Source: a virus (Duplodnaviria; Caudoviricetes). Taken from it: a DNA stretch of 64,000 bases. The notes below the pieces were generated by a model. The model made no database searches and was not told the origin of the DNA. It saw only the letters and a list, made by a program, of their open reading frames with translations. The stretch lies in IMG/VR virus record IMGVR_UViG_3300012953_000026, positions 1,797 through 65,796 of that record, one strand, 5' to 3'. Position numbers and translations under genes: made by a program. This document shows, piece after piece, positions 1 through 8,872 of the stretch; positions within the stretch are counted from its first letter, which is position 1, and every line of letters begins with the position of its first letter.

Positions 1-394
1 GGGCTTTTTTCATTAAGACGTGGTGTCCATGTGCAACATCAACGCACAAAACGCGGGCTCCTGCGCTGTACAGAGCTGCGGCTCTTTCCACGTAATCACC
101 GGACACCCCGATGGCGGCGGCAGAGAAACCGGCTTGAGCTGCGGCTTTTTTGGAAATCTCTACTTGCTCTTTTATAGTGTTGTAGCGATGTATAATCCCG
201 ACACCACCTTGTTCGAACATAGAGATCGCCATCTCTCCCTCTGTGACTGTATCCATCGGGCTCGATACAAAGGGGCAGCTTAGATCTGGTAAATCGTTTC
301 CTAAACCAACAGAAAGACTTATTTCTTTTCTAGAAAGAACCTCAGAATATTTTGGGACTAATAAAACATCTCCAAACGTGATTGTTTTTCTCAA
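1..394 (-). CDS. IMP dehydrogenase / GMP reductase family protein, N-terminal part (runs off the window edge; absent from the ORF track)
   Basis: Manual translation from TTG at 394: MRKTITFGDVLLVPKYSEVLSR...SSPMDTVTEGEMAI...GGVGIIHRYNTIKEQ...AAIGVSGDYVERAAAL...VLCVDVAHGHH. These are IMPDH/GMPR TIM-barrel motifs with no CBS insert. Confidence 0.85.
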   Translation of the reverse strand, partial: MRKTITFGDVLLVPKYSEVLSRKEISLSVGLGNDLPDLSCPFVSSPMDTVTEGEMAISMFEQGGVGIIHRYNTIKEQVEISKKAAAQAGFSAAAIGVSGDYVERAAALYSAGARVLCVDVAHGHHVLMKKA

Positions 395-645
395 CTTGTT
401 ACCCTCTCATATTCATCCATGGCGCAATATTTGTGTAGCTTCTCTTCGCTCAGTATATCAAAAACCATCTTAATCTCCGTGTACTTGAAGCCAGGAGTGA
501 GCCAAGGCTTTAAAGAGTGAATAATGTCAGACACGTTCTTTTCATACGGTCCTCTTACGATGACACCGACATCGCCAACAGGCATCTCATTATAAAATGT
601 CCTGTCGCTCTGTCTCACTCTTCGGACCAGATCATTTTTTCTCAT
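391..645 (-). CDS. hypothetical protein (84 aa)
   Basis: ORF tightly packed with its neighbours (overlapping stop/start); no recognisable motif. Confidence 0.6.
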   Translation of the reverse strand: MRKNDLVRRVRQSDRTFYNEMPVGDVGVIVRGPYEKNVSDIIHSLKPWLTPGFKYTEIKMVFDILSEEKLHKYCAMDEYERVTS

Positions 646-920
646 TAATCTGATCTCATTGACAGACTGTACATGGTTTCGTTCGAGCCCTTAATGATAG
701 AGATGTTGTTAAGGACCTCCTCAAGAATTTCAGGTTGAGCAAAAAACTGCTGTCTTGCCCAATAGCGATAGACAGAAACTTGATAATCATCATCAGGCTT
801 CTTGAACCTGTCTATTGTATTCATCCATTCCTCGACATGCTCAATAGAGGAATCAGTAAGGATGGCAGGACATTTCCCAGACAGAACTAATACTTTTCTT
901 CTCATCACATCGAAACTCAT
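645..920 (-). CDS. hypothetical protein (91 aa)
   Basis: Packed ORF with 1-4 nt overlaps on both sides. Confidence 0.6.
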   Translation of the reverse strand: MSFDVMRRKVLVLSGKCPAILTDSSIEHVEEWMNTIDRFKKPDDDYQVSVYRYWARQQFFAQPEILEEVLNNISIIKGSNETMYSLSMRSD

Positions 921-1522
921 TTTTTACCTGCTTTCCTTTTTAAACGTTTTGCTTTACGGGTTCTTAAAGATTTCTGTTTAGACTTTTCTTCGCTGGTCAT
1001 CCCAGACTCTTTCATCATCGCGGCATTTGACTTCTTAATTCTCTTAAGAACGATTCTCCTGCGTAATTGAGATAACCTATCGAGCGTTAAAACACCGTCT
1101 AGATGATCAATTTCATGCTGAACGCACGCAGCGGGGTATCCTGAAAATTGTTGTTTCTTAGACTCGCCGTCAAGAGTTGTCCAGGAAACTTCAACATCAG
1201 AACTTCTCTCGATATCTAAGCTCATAGAGGGTAAAGAAAAGCATGCCTCTTTAAACACTTCCTTACCTTTTCTAGATTCTATTTTAGGATTTATCATCAG
1301 GAGCTCTCGCTCCATGGATGGATCAGAATACAGAGCGCTCGCGTTCAGGACGATAACTCTGACATTGAAGCCAACCTGAGGAGCTGACAATCCGTAGCCA
1401 CCAGAGACCCTAAAAGTGTCTATTAGATCTGCACAGACTTGGTGATCTTTCTCAGGCTTGTATTCTACAGATACCCTTTTGAGCGTATCGCTTGGCCACT
1501 CTCTAATCTTTCTACAAGCCAT
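917..1522 (-). CDS. def: peptide deformylase
   Basis: Motifs GYGLSAPQVG, EACFSLP and QHEIDHLDG. The likely start is ATG 1522 (MACRKIREWPSDTLK), not the track's GTG 1561. It has a long basic C-terminal tail. Confidence 0.92.
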   Translation of the reverse strand: MACRKIREWPSDTLKRVSVEYKPEKDHQVCADLIDTFRVSGGYGLSAPQVGFNVRVIVLNASALYSDPSMERELLMINPKIESRKGKEVFKEACFSLPSMSLDIERSSDVEVSWTTLDGESKKQQFSGYPAACVQHEIDHLDGVLTLDRLSQLRRRIVLKRIKKSNAAMMKESGMTSEEKSKQKSLRTRKAKRLKRKAGKK

Positions 1523-1658
1523 CCTGTAACCTTTGCGCTTTCCAAGACATGTAACAAACACATGCAGTCAAGAAATTAAGAAGAGCCAGTTTACCGTCGC
1601 CGAAGTACTCATAACTGAGAACACAACACAGCATGTTTAAAACCGCTGCTGGTAACAT
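1512..1658 (-). CDS. small hydrophobic hypothetical protein (48 aa; below the track cut-off)
   Basis: Manual translation MLPAAVLNMLCCVLSYEYFGDGKLALLNFLTACVCYMSWKAQRLQDGL*; it fills the gap and its stop overlaps the def start region. Confidence 0.4.
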   Translation of the reverse strand: MLPAAVLNMLCCVLSYEYFGDGKLALLNFLTACVCYMSWKAQRLQDGL

Positions 1659-1684
1659 TATCTTCTTTAGATATTTCACTTATC

Positions 1685-2020
1685 CTACGTTTTCTTAGTC
1701 GGCGTTTTCTTACGGGGAGTGCGAGGTTTCCGAACTGGCTTCTTGACAGGAGTCTTCGCCTCAGGCTCTTCAACGACCTCTTGTACCTTTGGCTTCGGAG
1801 CGCTCTTGCTAGGCCGCTTATTCACGGCTGGCTTTTGCTTCTTTACCTCAGGAACGTTTGCAGGTTCTGGGGCGGCAAAATACTCCTTGACTGGAGCGGT
1901 CATGCTCTGGGACGCGCAGTAAGCGCGAAGCTCTTCATCGCTAGTAATACCTGCAGCTTCGAAAAATTTCTCAATATCGAAACGACCACGTTCGATAAAC
2001 CTCTCAAATACAATCATCAT
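1685..2020 (-). CDS. hypothetical protein with Lys/Pro-rich basic tail (possible nucleic-acid binding)
   Basis: C-terminus KTPVKKPVRKPRTPRKKTPTKKT. Confidence 0.6.
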   Translation of the reverse strand: MMIVFERFIERGRFDIEKFFEAAGITSDEELRAYCASQSMTAPVKEYFAAPEPANVPEVKKQKPAVNKRPSKSAPKPKVQEVVEEPEAKTPVKKPVRKPRTPRKKTPTKKT

Positions 2021-2030
2021 TATCTCCTAA

Positions 2031-2309
2031 CTAAATCATCGATTCTTCTTCTAAATACGAAGCAACACATTCTTGGAACCTTGGATCACTAGCCACTTTC
2101 GCGATGTCTGCATCAGACATATCATATAGCTCGCATACCCCAACTGCCAATTTTTTCATGGCTTCTAGCAGAATGTTCCTAGCAGCGGAATGCCTCATCT
2201 TGTATCCGCGGTTCGTCATTTCTTCCGCGATGTCTTTATAACTCATTCCACCAGTCTTGACCACGGTCGCGTAACCGTTTGTAGATTTATAACCTTTTGG
2301 CATACTCAT
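2031..2309 (-). CDS. HTH protein resembling sigma-70 region 4.2 (candidate second half of a split sigma factor)
   Basis: MSYKDIAEEM...HSAARNILLEAMKKL aligns by eye with sigma-70 4.2 (YTLEEVGKQF..TRERIRQIEAKALRKL). ATGA overlap with the sigma gene and an AGGAGG SD 8 nt upstream. Confidence 0.6.
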   Translation of the reverse strand: MSMPKGYKSTNGYATVVKTGGMSYKDIAEEMTNRGYKMRHSAARNILLEAMKKLAVGVCELYDMSDADIAKVASDPRFQECVASYLEEESMI

Positions 2310-3073
2310 TTAGCAATCCTCCTAATCTCTTTTACTTCATCTCTGCTTAACGTAAATCGACCTTCTGGCTCATCAGCAGATTCACCGATACCAAAGCGAA
2401 GACGAATAATATTTTCTTCACGGCTAGTAAGACTCTTAAGAGCGTTTCTCATCACGCCTTTGATCTTAACAGAGTCTAGTAAGTCTTCAACAGAGGCAGC
2501 TTGATTATCAGGTACAACCTCTGATATCTTTCTGCCCGCACCACCTGAGCGGTCTCTAATACTTGCGTCCAGAGACGTTTGAGTAGAACATTTTATCATT
2601 GACATCAGGGTACTCGTAGGAATACCAAGAGCTTCAGACACCTCATCGTAAGATGGACGCTGGCCAAACTCTTCTTCATACTCCTTGATCATCACATTCA
2701 TCTTCCAGAGAAGATTCCTTGTGTGAGCCGGGAGCTTGATATCAGAAGCCTGACTAGCTACATGAGTCCGAACAGATTGCTTTATCCACCAATAAGCGTA
2801 CGTACTGAATTTAAAGCCCTTACGCCAATCAAACCGATCAACTGCCTTGATCAACCCCATGTTAGATTCTTGGATCAGATCCTCTAAAGAGCAACCCTTA
2901 CTCTGGTATTTCTTTGCTATTGATATAGCCAGCCTAAGATTAGATTGGATCATCTTATTTTTAGCTCTAGAATCGCCGGCCTCAATTTTTTTAGCCAAAT
3001 CAATTTCTTCTTGCCGAGTAAGAAGTGGATACTTGCCCACCTTTGTAAAGTATGTTTGCAATGCTTCTGACAT
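2306..3073 (-). CDS. RNA polymerase sigma-70 family factor (regions 1.2-4.1; lacks 4.2 HTH)
   Basis: LQTYFTKVGKYPLLTRQEE (1.2), SNLRLAISIAKKY, DLIQESNMGLIKAVDRFD..KGFKFSTYAYWWIKQ (2), RPSYDEVSEALG (3), LTSREENIIRLRFGI (4.1). Confidence 0.9.
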   Translation of the reverse strand: MSEALQTYFTKVGKYPLLTRQEEIDLAKKIEAGDSRAKNKMIQSNLRLAISIAKKYQSKGCSLEDLIQESNMGLIKAVDRFDWRKGFKFSTYAYWWIKQSVRTHVASQASDIKLPAHTRNLLWKMNVMIKEYEEEFGQRPSYDEVSEALGIPTSTLMSMIKCSTQTSLDASIRDRSGGAGRKISEVVPDNQAASVEDLLDSVKIKGVMRNALKSLTSREENIIRLRFGIGESADEPEGRFTLSRDEVKEIRRIAK

Positions 3074-3093
3074 ATGATCTCCTTTTTTGTTTT

Positions 3094-3122
3094 ATTTTAC
3101 CATATCTGGAATTGATTTGCAC
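3094..3122 (-). promoter_or_regulatory. candidate promoter GTGCAA-N17-TAAAAT upstream of the sigma gene
   Basis: Read directly; extended -10 TG present; same class as other sites in the window. Confidence 0.45.
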
Positions 3123-3442
3123 TACTTTCTCAAAAAATTATCGTGAGATCTCCTTCTTCTTGACCGCTGATCTGTCTCTCTTTGAATATAACAAATTTCT
3201 TTCTCAATCAACCTAGACGACTTTTCATCTTTCTTAGTTCGAGCTAAGCGTAAGTTTTTATTTAAACGATCATTGAGATACCTGATCTCATCGTCGCTCT
3301 TATGCGCTAACTCATCAACATTGACATTGATAATGATCACAGGATCATTCTTCCTGTCTTTCCTATCTGTCTTAGACTCTCGCCGATTAGTGTTTCGCGG
3401 TTGTCTTGCTGTCTTACTTCTCATCGTTAACCTCACGTTCAT
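3122..3442 (-). CDS. hypothetical basic protein (106 aa)
   Basis: Packed ORF, Arg/Lys-rich. Confidence 0.55.
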   Translation of the reverse strand: MNVRLTMRSKTARQPRNTNRRESKTDRKDRKNDPVIIINVNVDELAHKSDDEIRYLNDRLNKNLRLARTKKDEKSSRLIEKEICYIQRETDQRSRRRRSHDNFLRK

Positions 3443-5003
3443 TTATAACTGCGGCGCAACCAACAGACAGCAGATTTAAAGCAGCGCTGGTTGCATTTTC
3501 TAAAGCTGATACTGAAACTTTCACTGGATCAATAATCCCTTCTTTCATTACATTCGTGATCTTTCCGGTGCTGGCGTCATAGCCAGTCGTGTCCTTCACA
3601 TTCTTCAACTTCTCTAAAATCACCTCAGGCACATCGCCTGCATTTCTTGATATCTGGTACACGGGCATCTTCAAGGCATGCGATAAGATCTGAAAACCAG
3701 GCTCGGGGCGGTCGTTGAGCTTCTCAGAAACCCTGAGTAGTGCTGCACCCCCTCCGGGAATTATCCCATCCTCTAAAGCAACCCTAGTCGCATTTACAGC
3801 GTCATCAACCCTGTCTCTTCTTTCGTTAACTTCACTCTCTGTTGAACCGCCGACATAGATAACAGCGACGCCGCTGGTCATACGCTTACGCCTGCGATCT
3901 AGAACACTTCTTTCGTCAGCAGAGACGTTAGGTTCTTCGGCACGTAATTCAATGGCTGAAATTCTTTGCTTTACTATATCGGCATCGGAATGACAATCTA
4001 CGAATACGCTCTTGTCTTTGTAGGCCTTAAAGGTCTTGCAGCTACCTGTCATCTTAAAAATTGGCATAGTCGGCCACTCATCTGGGTTATCATGAATCAA
4101 TGTAGCTCCCAAGACAGCAGCTAAATCCTCAAGTGCTTGCTCTCTAGCAACCCCGAACTCAGGTGGTCTCAACACGCAGCATTGTAGATTACCTTTCGAT
4201 TTGTTAAGAATCAGGCCCTGAAGTGCTTCACCAGCCACATCATTCGCCATAATGACTAAAGGCTTACTCTCGCGAACAGACTCCTCTAGAATCGTCATAA
4301 TGCTCTTCAAGCTAGTTATCGTCTGATTTGTGAGAAGTATTAACGGGTTCTTAAACTCAACAGTCTGCTTTGATTGATTCGTCACAAAATAAGGAGAAAT
4401 GTAGCCCCTATCGATCTGGTATCCGTCCACCAGAACCAACTCAGTATTGTAACCCTTAGAGTTCTCTACTGTAACATACCCATGTGATCCAACTTTTCCA
4501 ACAGCTTCAGAAATTATTTCACCCAGAAACTCTTCGCCGTTAGCAGAGATGGTAGCAACATTCTTCAGATCTTTCTCGTTCCTGATATCGATGGCTGTTT
4601 CTCTTAGAGCTGTAATTGCAGTATCCTTTGCCTCTAAAAGAGATTCACGTAAGTCTCGGATATTACCTCCGGTGCTCAGGTACTTGCTACCTTGCTCAAA
4701 AATAGCTTGAGCAAGAACAGTTGACGTTGTTGTACCATCGCCGGCGACCTCCGCAGTTTGACGAGCTGCTTCTTTAACAACTTGAGCACCTAGATTTTCA
4801 AACCTATCCACCAAGTTAATAGCCTCAGCAACAGTGACACCATCCTTGGTTAGGATCGGTGGACGCTCATCGACCTCTATCAAGACGTTCTGTCCTCTTG
4901 GACCCATAGTAATCTTGACCGCATCCGACAATTTCTGGACACCAGCCAGTAGAGAGGACCTAAGTTCATCCGAGTATCTTAAAATTCTTTTTTGCATCAT
5001 CAC
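3414..5003 (-). CDS. groEL: chaperonin GroEL (phage-encoded)
   Basis: TMGPRGQNV, TKDGVTVA, AGDGTTTSTVLA, RVDDAVNATR, IPGGGAAL and GIIDPVKV; no GGM tail. Confidence 0.95.
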   Translation of the reverse strand: MMMQKRILRYSDELRSSLLAGVQKLSDAVKITMGPRGQNVLIEVDERPPILTKDGVTVAEAINLVDRFENLGAQVVKEAARQTAEVAGDGTTTSTVLAQAIFEQGSKYLSTGGNIRDLRESLLEAKDTAITALRETAIDIRNEKDLKNVATISANGEEFLGEIISEAVGKVGSHGYVTVENSKGYNTELVLVDGYQIDRGYISPYFVTNQSKQTVEFKNPLILLTNQTITSLKSIMTILEESVRESKPLVIMANDVAGEALQGLILNKSKGNLQCCVLRPPEFGVAREQALEDLAAVLGATLIHDNPDEWPTMPIFKMTGSCKTFKAYKDKSVFVDCHSDADIVKQRISAIELRAEEPNVSADERSVLDRRRKRMTSGVAVIYVGGSTESEVNERRDRVDDAVNATRVALEDGIIPGGGAALLRVSEKLNDRPEPGFQILSHALKMPVYQISRNAGDVPEVILEKLKNVKDTTGYDASTGKITNVMKEGIIDPVKVSVSALENATSAALNLLSVGCAAVINEREVNDEK

Positions 5004-5194
5004 CCCTTAAGTAAACCTGGCTTTAAAGAATTCTCAACCACATAATCAGGCACACTTTGTAACTGCCTTCTCGCTCCAGTAATAGAATTCTCAGCTATAA
5101 AAAGATCACCAAACCTATAAGCAATTTCTTGCTCGTTTATCATATTGATGTTTCTCAAAAATGCTTGAGACTCATTACTTAAAACAACCTTCAT
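5000..5194 (-). CDS. hypothetical protein (64 aa)
   Basis: Overlaps groEL start and the exonuclease stop; not GroES-like. Confidence 0.55.
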   Translation of the reverse strand: MKVVLSNESQAFLRNINMINEQEIAYRFGDLFIAENSITGARRQLQSVPDYVVENSLKPGLLKG

Positions 5195-6002
5195 TTAAAA
5201 TCCCCTCAAAAGTCTTCTTGTATTTTGCCCAAGATTTCTCATTGACCATACTACGAAAGTTTAATTCTATAAATCTTTGCTTTACTTTTTCAAAGTCTGG
5301 ATCGCTACCACCCACGAAGATCTTGGCTTTGTCAATTGGGTCTCTGAACTTAATCAGCGAGCGATTTCTCTCGTATATCTCTTTGTTCGTTTTATCGCGA
5401 TTTAAAAAACTGTCAAGCTCGCTTAAATCAGAAGCTAACTTCGCTGCAGTCTTGTCTCCAACCCTTGGAATTCCAGGAATGTTATCTGCGCCGTCTCCCC
5501 TTAAGGATTTCCACGTCAAGTAATCATATTCAGGGGCTTCCCTCATTTTCTTGGTAATGGGATTATAGAGCTCACAACTTGAATGCTCCTGAATTAACTG
5601 AACAAAATCTGTGTCCGAAGACACAATTACACAATTATCATCAGCATGCACTTCTAGAACAAGATAAGCGATCAAGTCATCTGCCTCAAGCTCAAGATCT
5701 CTACAAACAGTTATAGGAAAACAGCCATCGACTAACTCTTCTATCTCTTTCTTTTGAGAGAAAAAGTCTTCATCTTTTTCCCTTACTCTGTTCTGCTTAT
5801 ATTCTGGAAGTATATCTAGCCTGTCGCTAGGTGCTCCATCACGAACGAAATAGCAGATGTCTGGATCAAATTTCTCGACCAATGGCCTTAAACTTCTAAA
5901 GAAAGAGTACACAATAGCAGCGTCTCCTTCTCTCGCATATTTTGCTGAATATCTTGCTCTATAGATTAGATTATTTGCGTCTAAAAGAAGTACCTTCTTC
6001 AA
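5175..6002 (-). CDS. 5'-3' exonuclease / flap endonuclease (Pol I N-terminal / T4 RNase H family)
   Basis: LLLDANNLIYRA, EYKQNR, EADDLIA, SSDTDFVQL and GDGADNIPGIPRVGDKTA (H3TH). Confidence 0.9.
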   Translation of the reverse strand: MKKVLLLDANNLIYRARYSAKYAREGDAAIVYSFFRSLRPLVEKFDPDICYFVRDGAPSDRLDILPEYKQNRVREKDEDFFSQKKEIEELVDGCFPITVCRDLELEADDLIAYLVLEVHADDNCVIVSSDTDFVQLIQEHSSCELYNPITKKMREAPEYDYLTWKSLRGDGADNIPGIPRVGDKTAAKLASDLSELDSFLNRDKTNKEIYERNRSLIKFRDPIDKAKIFVGGSDPDFEKVKQRFIELNFRSMVNEKSWAKYKKTFEGILNEGCFK

Positions 6003-6339
6003 TCTTTTTCTCCTCCTGGGTTGTCTTTGCCATGTCTAGAGCCTCCTTACACTCAGCTAGCATCGCTGTCATAGCCATGCTTATATGCTTTTGAAGCTCT
6101 ACCTCAAGCTCGCTAAGTGTCGAAAACATCTTACATTTATCTTCATTATATTTCAACTGCTGAATGACCAATTGTTCTGACTCTTGCTTATAGGCCTCAA
6201 GTATGAACTCGGTCTTTAACCCATCAGAGATTGTTTCTTTCACTGTCTTCTCAAGAACTCTGGCAGAGAATATACTACCTGTCTTGTTAAAAAAGAGAAA
6301 AACGTAATCGCCAACTTTTGTGCTATTCTTCGTCTCCAA
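5971..6339 (-). CDS. hypothetical protein (122 aa)
   Basis: Packed ORF. Confidence 0.55.
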   Translation of the reverse strand: METKNSTKVGDYVFLFFNKTGSIFSARVLEKTVKETISDGLKTEFILEAYKQESEQLVIQQLKYNEDKCKMFSTLSELEVELQKHISMAMTAMLAECKEALDMAKTTQEEKKIEEGTSFRRK

Positions 6340-6997
6340 CTATCTTCTCCAATTTGAAAGAGTACTGCTTTTCTTTCCTACCCCAATTTATAATTCTTTC
6401 CATAGCTTTTTTCTTTTGATACGTAGGTTTTTTATCATCTGTGACAATATTCTTGGCGCGATCAATAATTTCTTGATTCTTATCAATCACCCCACCGTAA
6501 AGCGCTGTACACTTTAGCATGGCTTTTGATTTTCTCATTCTGGACTTTCCACGAGATCCTGCAGCTGGTGGGTGAAAGTCTTCAATCGACAGACTCTCAA
6601 AGTACAGGACGGCGGCATTTTCGAAATCCCTATCTACCAGCATATAAAGAAAATCTAGAGACCCCTTCTTTTGAAGGGTAGCATAATCACACTGCAGTGC
6701 CCATGTCTTATTGCTGTGGGGAGATGTGAGCTTACATTCCAGCTCGGTATCTATTTCACCGATTACAATATCAGGTTGCCCAGAGCGACCGTCGTTTATA
6801 ACATCTGAATATACTTTGGAAAGCTCTTTTGAGAATTCTTTCTCTTGAATAGAGGACATCAAGATATTTCTTCTACCGATATCGGCTTTTATGTCTAACC
6901 CTTCAGAACTGTAAAGGGCAGAAAGTTTTTGATTAAAGTCATACATCTTGTTAAGAGCACGACCAGCCATTTCTTCTGTTATATATGATTTTCTCAT
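6323..6997 (-). CDS. PD-(D/E)XK nuclease, restriction-endonuclease-like
   Basis: GQPDIVIGEIDTELECKLT has PD...ExK spacing. The likely start is ATG 6997, because the track's TTG 7015 lies upstream of/over the -10 box region. Confidence 0.55.
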   Translation of the reverse strand: MRKSYITEEMAGRALNKMYDFNQKLSALYSSEGLDIKADIGRRNILMSSIQEKEFSKELSKVYSDVINDGRSGQPDIVIGEIDTELECKLTSPHSNKTWALQCDYATLQKKGSLDFLYMLVDRDFENAAVLYFESLSIEDFHPPAAGSRGKSRMRKSKAMLKCTALYGGVIDKNQEIIDRAKNIVTDDKKPTYQKKKAMERIINWGRKEKQYSFKLEKIVGDEE

Positions 6998-7003
6998 ATG
7001 TAA

Positions 7004-7032
7004 ATTATACAACATACTGTTGTAAATTACAC
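7004..7032 (-). promoter_or_regulatory. candidate promoter GTGTAA-N17-TATAAT, leaderless (ATG 6 nt after -10)
   Basis: Read directly from the sequence. Confidence 0.55.
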
Positions 7033-7035
7033 GAT

Positions 7036-7374
7036 TTATCCTAGGTTTTCTCTTACTTTTTGAGAGATTTCTTTACCTTTTTTAGCTGCTACCTGAAGAG
7101 GCTCTAAACCTAAGGCGCCTCTTACCTTGTCGAACGTTTCTGGATCCAAGTTGTTTTTTAGTGTCGCCATGTCAGCGTACTGGTGTAAGTCCATATCATA
7201 GATGGGTAGCGGGTTGCCGTCTTCCCCAGGCTCAAATTCCCCTGTTTCTTGACTCTCGAAAATAAACAGAAACCCTGGCATCTCTTGCCCAACAGGAACC
7301 TGAATGAAGGGAATATGCGAGCTAACCCCTTCTGCATCTTCTTCGTAACATATTTCTGGTATCCACTTGTTCAT
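7036..7374 (-). CDS. hypothetical acidic protein (112 aa)
   Basis: ATG start with GAGGG SD-like element. Confidence 0.65.
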   Translation of the reverse strand: MNKWIPEICYEEDAEGVSSHIPFIQVPVGQEMPGFLFIFESQETGEFEPGEDGNPLPIYDMDLHQYADMATLKNNLDPETFDKVRGALGLEPLQVAAKKGKEISQKVRENLG

Positions 7375-7399
7375 AATTAACCCTCGTTCGTTCTACTTT

Positions 7400-7429
7400 A
7401 TTATAAAACACGCTTGAGGTATGTAACAC
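7400..7429 (-). promoter_or_regulatory. candidate promoter GTGTTA-N18-TATAAT
   Basis: Intergenic; shares TAAATCGTGT with the 7004-7038 site. Confidence 0.45.
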
Positions 7430-7440
7430 GATTTAGAGGT

Positions 7441-8643
7441 TTATTTTCCTTGAATCAGATTAACCATGGACTCTATTTTAGAGACTATCTTTTCAGCTTC
7501 AGGACTTGAGCTTCTTAGTCCTGACATCTCTTGTACACTTTTAAATGGCATCAACAATATCTGAGACACTTCTTGCATCTCAGCACCTATATCTGCTATT
7601 ATTTTTTCGCCGTCTTCTTGGAGGTTTGTTTTAAGGGTGTTGAACAAATACTCTTCGGCCGCGCTTTCGTAGTCTTCTTGGGTCGCTTTTTCCCCAAGTT
7701 TCTTGATAGAAGGTAGCTTCTTCATTTGCTTCATTAATTTAGATCCAGACGACTCATCAGAAAATGCAGTCCCTATTTCTTCTTTGCTACGCGTTAATTC
7801 AGACTCAAAGTCTTTCAAGTAGCTACCCATATCGATCTCTGCAGACTTCGCTTTGGAAACTGCAGCGGTCAGCTGCTCATAACTCTGAGCAGCCATCATA
7901 GCAGACAAGGCTTCAATCCTGGCTGGGATACCTTCATCTTCTATTTCTTTTATCGCGTCTTCTTTTGTCTTGATAAAGTCTTCGAATCCAGATTTTATTT
8001 GCCCAAAGTTGAAGTCTATTCCTTGCTTTTTTAACTCTTCCTCTATTTCGACGGCAACATCCAAATTTTCACCTTCAACCTCAAAAAGCATGTCTAGGCT
8101 TTCTATATTTCTAGACTCTCCAAAAAACAGGTTTTTCAAATCAGCTAGTGCTCCCCTGATCGGACCTCTTGTGTCTCCTGTTACTTCCCCACTCGGGCCG
8201 ACACCACCCTCTTCTTGATCTTTGACTGCCTTCCTTTGCTCTTTGAAGGTATCGTTCACAAAGCTCGCTACGTCTACGCCTTTCTTAAGGGCAGCGGCGC
8301 CCATGTACGCAGCCGGGTTTGCCATAAACGCGATCATTTTTACTTCGCTAAAATCGCCTAGACTCTTAACAAACTGTTCATGCTCACTCTTGAATTGCTC
8401 TTGTCTTTGCTTATACGCATTTAATAAGCGCTGCTTCTTGGTCGTGCTGAACGTGAATAAAATTCTCATGTTATACAAAACGCCAACACCGACATCCTTG
8501 AGCGTAAGCTTAACAGCCTTCAAGACGTTCGCAAATGGATCAACGAAGGTCCTCTTTAGATCTGAGCCAGATGCTACCATGCCGTAGCTTTCTTTGACCA
8601 GCGACTCTTCAACAAAAACTTTAGCGTATTTTTCTTCAATCAT
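7441..8643 (-). CDS. hypothetical protein (400 aa), possible virion-internal protein
   Basis: Long helical ORF with N-terminal ...FVEESLVKE motif. Confidence 0.7.
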   Translation of the reverse strand: MIEEKYAKVFVEESLVKESYGMVASGSDLKRTFVDPFANVLKAVKLTLKDVGVGVLYNMRILFTFSTTKKQRLLNAYKQRQEQFKSEHEQFVKSLGDFSEVKMIAFMANPAAYMGAAALKKGVDVASFVNDTFKEQRKAVKDQEEGGVGPSGEVTGDTRGPIRGALADLKNLFFGESRNIESLDMLFEVEGENLDVAVEIEEELKKQGIDFNFGQIKSGFEDFIKTKEDAIKEIEDEGIPARIEALSAMMAAQSYEQLTAAVSKAKSAEIDMGSYLKDFESELTRSKEEIGTAFSDESSGSKLMKQMKKLPSIKKLGEKATQEDYESAAEEYLFNTLKTNLQEDGEKIIADIGAEMQEVSQILLMPFKSVQEMSGLRSSSPEAEKIVSKIESMVNLIQGK

Positions 8644-8872
8644 GTTTGCTCTCCAACCTTAGCTTAATCCCAGTTTCACTGAAATAAGTATCTATCATTT
8701 CTTTCTCAAAACTATTCAAAGCTTGCCTTTTCGTTTTCGGATCACGGGTACTAAAATTTTTTCTCATCTTAGGAGGTAAAGAACGTAGCATGATCTTTTT
8801 AAAATCCATCCAGTCATGATTGTCTTGAAGCATAAGAAACGCAACTTTCATATATCCTCTATACTCCTCCAT
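8636..8872 (-). CDS. hypothetical protein (78 aa)
   Basis: Packed ORF. Confidence 0.6.
   Translation of the reverse strand: MEEYRGYMKVAFLMLQDNHDWMDFKKIMLRSLPPKMRKNFSTRDPKTKRQALNSFEKEMIDTYFSETGIKLRLESKHD

Noticed and set aside
2031-3073. Sequencing frameshift or pseudogene explanation for the truncated sigma
   Set aside because: A TAA lies in-frame directly before the second ATG, and a well-spaced AGGAGG SD is present. This fits coupled translation better, though it cannot be fully excluded without reads.
5000-5194. GroES candidate next to groEL
   Set aside because: It is 64 aa with no PLxDRV or mobile-loop (GGI) motifs.
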